38,739 nucleotides of DNA from a virus. Taxonomy: Duplodnaviria > Caudoviricetes. The notes below the pieces were generated by a model. It saw nothing but the letters and a program-made list of their open reading frames with translations, ran no database searches and was not told where the DNA came from. Made by a program: the position numbers and the translations under genes. Where the stretch lies: the IMG/VR virus record IMGVR_UViG_3300022217_000059, positions 1 through 38,739 of that record, one strand, 5' to 3'. Of this stretch, positions 35,741 to 38,739 are shown one piece after another (within the stretch, counting starts at the first letter, position 1; each line of letters begins with the position of its first letter).

Positions 35741-35760
35741 AATTCACTCCAATATAGTTG

Positions 35761-35788
35761 GGATAGGTGGGGCAAAGCCCCACCATCC
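35761..35788 (-). terminator. stem-loop downstream of the major capsid gene
   Basis: GGTGGGGC-aaa-GCCCCACC, extended by GGAT/ATCC. Confidence 0.7.
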
Positions 35789-35797
35789 ACAGTTAAT

Positions 35798-36730
35798 TTA
35801 GGCTACGATTGAGCCGTAAATCCATCTCCAGTCCTTCCAACCAAACGCAACCCTGAAGTAAATAGCAGCCTTCATGATGTACGTGTCGAAATCGACAGTG
35901 TGCTGAGTCTCAGGAGTTATTCTGTTTAACCAGAGCAAATCCTTCTTCATAGCATCAAGGTCAACAAGGAACCAGTTGTTTGTATCATAGTCGTCCAGTC
36001 TAGGATAAGGGATTATCTTATACCTATTATAGGCAACGTTGATTTGATTAGCCGATGTGGTAGTCGGTTCGTAACCAGCCGGAGTTCCAACAATCTCCCG
36101 TGCCGTGTCTACGAGGTTCTCAGGACAGATAATAGCAAGATTCTCAGAGATTTCGATTCTCTCTGAAATATCATTTCTGAACTGCTTCATAGCCAAACGG
36201 GCAGCAGCGAGTGCTGTCTTGGAGAGTGCAGTTGTACCAGCGTTATCAAAGCCGGAAGCAGTACTAGTACCGGACTTCGTCGAGTGAGAGTCAGACACAA
36301 GTGCCACACCCTCTTCAGAGGTCATGAAGTCAAAGGCTGTAGAAGTAGAATAGGCGAAGGGACGAACCCCAAGCTTCTCCTGCGTTCTATGAGCAGCAGT
36401 GACAAGACCTTCAACACGACTGTCAAGTACTGAATACTTCTTATCGTCGATGAGCTTACGCTCGAACTGCAAACCTCCAGAGTACTCCTTCGGTTCAATC
36501 TTAGTGTGGTATCCCGGTGCAATGGACAGATACGAAATCTTACCATTGAACTCTGGAATATCAGGAACAGCTCCAACGCTGTAGTACTCTTCCCATGCAG
36601 AGTTTGTACTCTGAACATTATAAAGAGTAGGAATCATTGAAGACAGCTCCATCCACTTGTTCTCCTCAACAAGAGTCAACCTCTCATCAAGGAGTCTTAC
36701 AAATTGAGAACTAGTAAGTGGACTAGCCAT
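35798..36730 (-). CDS. major capsid protein (HK97 fold, Mu gpT-like pattern)
   Basis: LIDDKKY, EGVALVSDSH, ICPENL, NNWFL, FRVAFGWKDWRWIYG; strong SD AAAGGAG; downstream hairpin. Confidence 0.85.
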   Translation of the reverse strand: MASPLTSSQFVRLLDERLTLVEENKWMELSSMIPTLYNVQSTNSAWEEYYSVGAVPDIPEFNGKISYLSIAPGYHTKIEPKEYSGGLQFERKLIDDKKYSVLDSRVEGLVTAAHRTQEKLGVRPFAYSTSTAFDFMTSEEGVALVSDSHSTKSGTSTASGFDNAGTTALSKTALAAARLAMKQFRNDISERIEISENLAIICPENLVDTAREIVGTPAGYEPTTTSANQINVAYNRYKIIPYPRLDDYDTNNWFLVDLDAMKKDLLWLNRITPETQHTVDFDTYIMKAAIYFRVAFGWKDWRWIYGSIVA

Positions 36731-36752
36731 AATTTATCTCCTTTCTAATTGG

Positions 36753-37535
36753 TTAGGCTCTAACTGAGCTGAAGTGGTCACCATCAAAGCGGAACTCACA
36801 ATATTCATTACCGGCGGTAGACAAGTCAAGTCTAACTACACTGATAGCGTAGTAGTTAAGTGACAAATCTGCACCAGAATTAATATAGTTACCTTCCGCA
36901 CCTACCTGCATGTAGCTTTCACCCTGCGGTCTTAGAGGAACACGAACAACAATGTCACCAGAAGCAGCAGCATTCACCGTGGGTAAATCCCAAGTGAGAG
37001 CTGTCGTACTAGTGTCATCAGTTACCCTATAGGAACCCCTCGCAGCCCCATCCCTGAAATAGAGAGTGGAGAGGTTGGCGATACCTGTAGAAGTAGCAGC
37101 AGAAGTAGCCGTAGTCGTTGTAGGCGTTCCAGACAAGGCAGTAGCTGCCGGAGCAGTACCATAAGCAGCGTTAAAGATTTTACCTTTAAGAATCGTAGTA
37201 GAATCAATCAACGCAACCTCAACCATAGCCTGAAGGTCGCCCTTCGCCCAAGGTCCTTCTGTCATCACGTAATCCTCGTTACCAGCGGTAGAAGGGTCAG
37301 CATAGGTAATATACTCTGCTTTGTTCGTAGAATCAAAGAGAGGGGATTTCCTATTCGTACCAACTACCACACCAAACGGAACACTCTTAGTAGTAGTATC
37401 ATTAACGCCAAGAGCAGTCGGGAGAGGTGAAACACCTTCATTACCAACTACTACAATCTGACCTACATAAAGAGTATCAGTATTGATAACAGGTGCCCAT
37501 ATCTTCTGTACGGGCCCATGTGCAATAGTAAACAT
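36753..37535 (-). CDS. capsid decoration/minor capsid protein
   Basis: TLYVGQIV...GVVVG beta-tulip-like start; between scaffold and capsid; AAAGGAG SD. Confidence 0.6.
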   Translation of the reverse strand: MFTIAHGPVQKIWAPVINTDTLYVGQIVVVGNEGVSPLPTALGVNDTTTKSVPFGVVVGTNRKSPLFDSTNKAEYITYADPSTAGNEDYVMTEGPWAKGDLQAMVEVALIDSTTILKGKIFNAAYGTAPAATALSGTPTTTTATSAATSTGIANLSTLYFRDGAARGSYRVTDDTSTTALTWDLPTVNAAASGDIVVRVPLRPQGESYMQVGAEGNYINSGADLSLNYYAISVVRLDLSTAGNEYCEFRFDGDHFSSVRA

Positions 37536-37570
37536 ATTTTAGGTCTCCTTTCTATTTATTTGGGGGCGGG

Positions 37571-37960
37571 TCATGGGATACCCCTCCAGTTTTTAGTACC
37601 ACAAAATGGGCAACCTCCAATTATCAAACTGGCGTGAGCGTGTCTGACTCCTATTGGTTCTCCATCGGCACCAATCTCCATGAGCTTATGAGATATACCT
37701 ATACCGCCTATCTTAAGATTCGGGCTATTTACAGCGTCATCTTGATAAGGGGCTTCAACTACACTCTCATGAGCTGTCCCTGCTCGACTGGTCGGACCAC
37801 CTTCTGTGCTCCTTCCATCCTTGTTTATCATACCACAATTCCAACAAGTAAACCATATCCCCGCATCTTCACCACCACCTCTACGATGGTCACCTTTACG
37901 GTCGATACGTCTGCTGTCTTTGGGTATACGTGTATGTGGTTTATAATTACTTTGTGCCAT
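37571..37960 (-). CDS. Zn-ribbon protein in the head module
   Basis: CWNCG ... GCPFCGT. Confidence 0.7.
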   Translation of the reverse strand: MAQSNYKPHTRIPKDSRRIDRKGDHRRGGGEDAGIWFTCWNCGMINKDGRSTEGGPTSRAGTAHESVVEAPYQDDAVNSPNLKIGGIGISHKLMEIGADGEPIGVRHAHASLIIGGCPFCGTKNWRGIP

Positions 37961-38721
37961 TATTTAGTTAGGTAAGGCCTATCATCCCTCTTCAAAGCTC
38001 TGATAACATCCTCGTCCTTCATACCGCTTTCTTTAATAAAAGCAGCAGCTACCGGGTCAAGGTCTGGAACAGTAGTCTCTTCTGCGGGGTTAGTTGAACC
38101 TCCTGCGAGTTTGGTAGGAACCTTGGGATGCTTACCCTTAAGAGGATTCACACCCTTCTCTAGTCTACTAGTAAGTAGTTCTATCTGTGCATCCTTGAAG
38201 TTAATAGAAGCATCCTGAGAAGCATTACCAGTAGGTCTGGTGTTATACTTATTCTGCATAAGGTTGACTACAGCATCTACATCTTCATCAGACATATCCT
38301 TAGTAGCACTCTTTACAGTATTAATATAAGTATCGTCGTACTTCTTAGCATCTGCCTCTCTCTTGTCAGATTCATACTGGAGTAACTTCCTGACATCGCC
38401 AGCAGTTACAAGGTCACCTTCCTCCACCTCTGGAGCTTGTATAATAGTCTCCTGCGATTTAGGTCTCTGTGTTTCCAAGAAAGCATCCATTCTACTTAGA
38501 AACTCATCCTGCTTAGTTTCCATTGCAGATACTCTCCTACCCAGTTGAGACTTCTCTTTATGCTCCTCCTCCTCAGCCAGTCTTGCTTCTTCCTCTGCAG
38601 CTTCTCTTGCTGCAATCTCTTCCTCAGTTTCACTCCCGGTCTTCTCTAACTTTGCGGCCTCTTGCCTTGCAGCTTCCTCTTCAGCGGCTTTTGCTAGAGC
38701 TTCAGCGTTTGCGTCACTCTT
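37960..38721 (-). CDS. capsid scaffolding protein (start codon anomalous)
   Basis: frame stays open for 66 E/A-rich codons upstream of ATG 38523, up to an AAG 5 nt after AGGAGGT; acidic coiled coil upstream of the capsid genes. Confidence 0.65.
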   Translation of the reverse strand, partial: KSDANAEALAKAAEEEAARQEAAKLEKTGSETEEEIAAREAAEEEARLAEEEEHKEKSQLGRRVSAMETKQDEFLSRMDAFLETQRPKSQETIIQAPEVEEGDLVTAGDVRKLLQYESDKREADAKKYDDTYINTVKSATKDMSDEDVDAVVNLMQNKYNTRPTGNASQDASINFKDAQIELLTSRLEKGVNPLKGKHPKVPTKLAGGSTNPAEETTVPDLDPVAAAFIKESGMKDEDVIRALKRDDRPYLTK

Positions 38722-38739
38722 GTTCCACCTCCTCTATAT

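Noticed and set aside
104-38548. Numerous antisense or out-of-frame ORFs in the track (e.g. 104-442, 1940-2428, 4950-5420, 7443-7880, 35175-35612)
   Set aside because: They shadow better supported genes, lack SD sites and show no motifs.
1-38739. Stop-codon reassignment
   Set aside because: All long conserved genes are intact in the standard code and TAA, TAG and TGA all end genes next to downstream starts; the single in-frame TAA at 3236 is isolated.

Overview
A 38.7 kb segment of a dsDNA tailed bacteriophage, probably podovirus-like, with two convergent arms that meet at a hairpin near 24.7 kb. The + strand arm (1-24.7 kb) starts with many tiny, often Cys-rich ORFs. It then carries an RtcB RNA ligase, a radical SAM protein and a peptide-ligase set (COOH-NH2 amidoligase, class II glutamine amidotransferase, ATP-grasp). 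The replication block follows: DnaB-like helicase, primase, RecA-like ATPase, resolvase, class II RNR, PolA and two nucleases. The - strand arm (24.7-38.7 kb) is the virion module: scaffold, decoration protein, major capsid, adaptor, nozzle and three probable ejection proteins. Most striking: eight clustered genes at 9.6-13.6 kb encode divergent small proteins (seven start with an SH3/KOW-like xxVGDxV strand) that all end in one Cys3His tag, C-x(0-2)-C-x-[GS]AV-x-C-x2-H-x(3-6)-[ET]-[FY]-R. The tag is conserved as protein rather than DNA. The array surrounds the ATP-grasp gene, lies just after the amidoligase/GATase pair and contains two perfect sigma70 promoters. Second: the PolA looks split, with its ExoI motif fused to a uracil-DNA glycosylase about 10.7 kb upstream of the gene carrying ExoII/ExoIII and the polymerase motifs. 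All calls come from motif recognition by eye; no searches were run.
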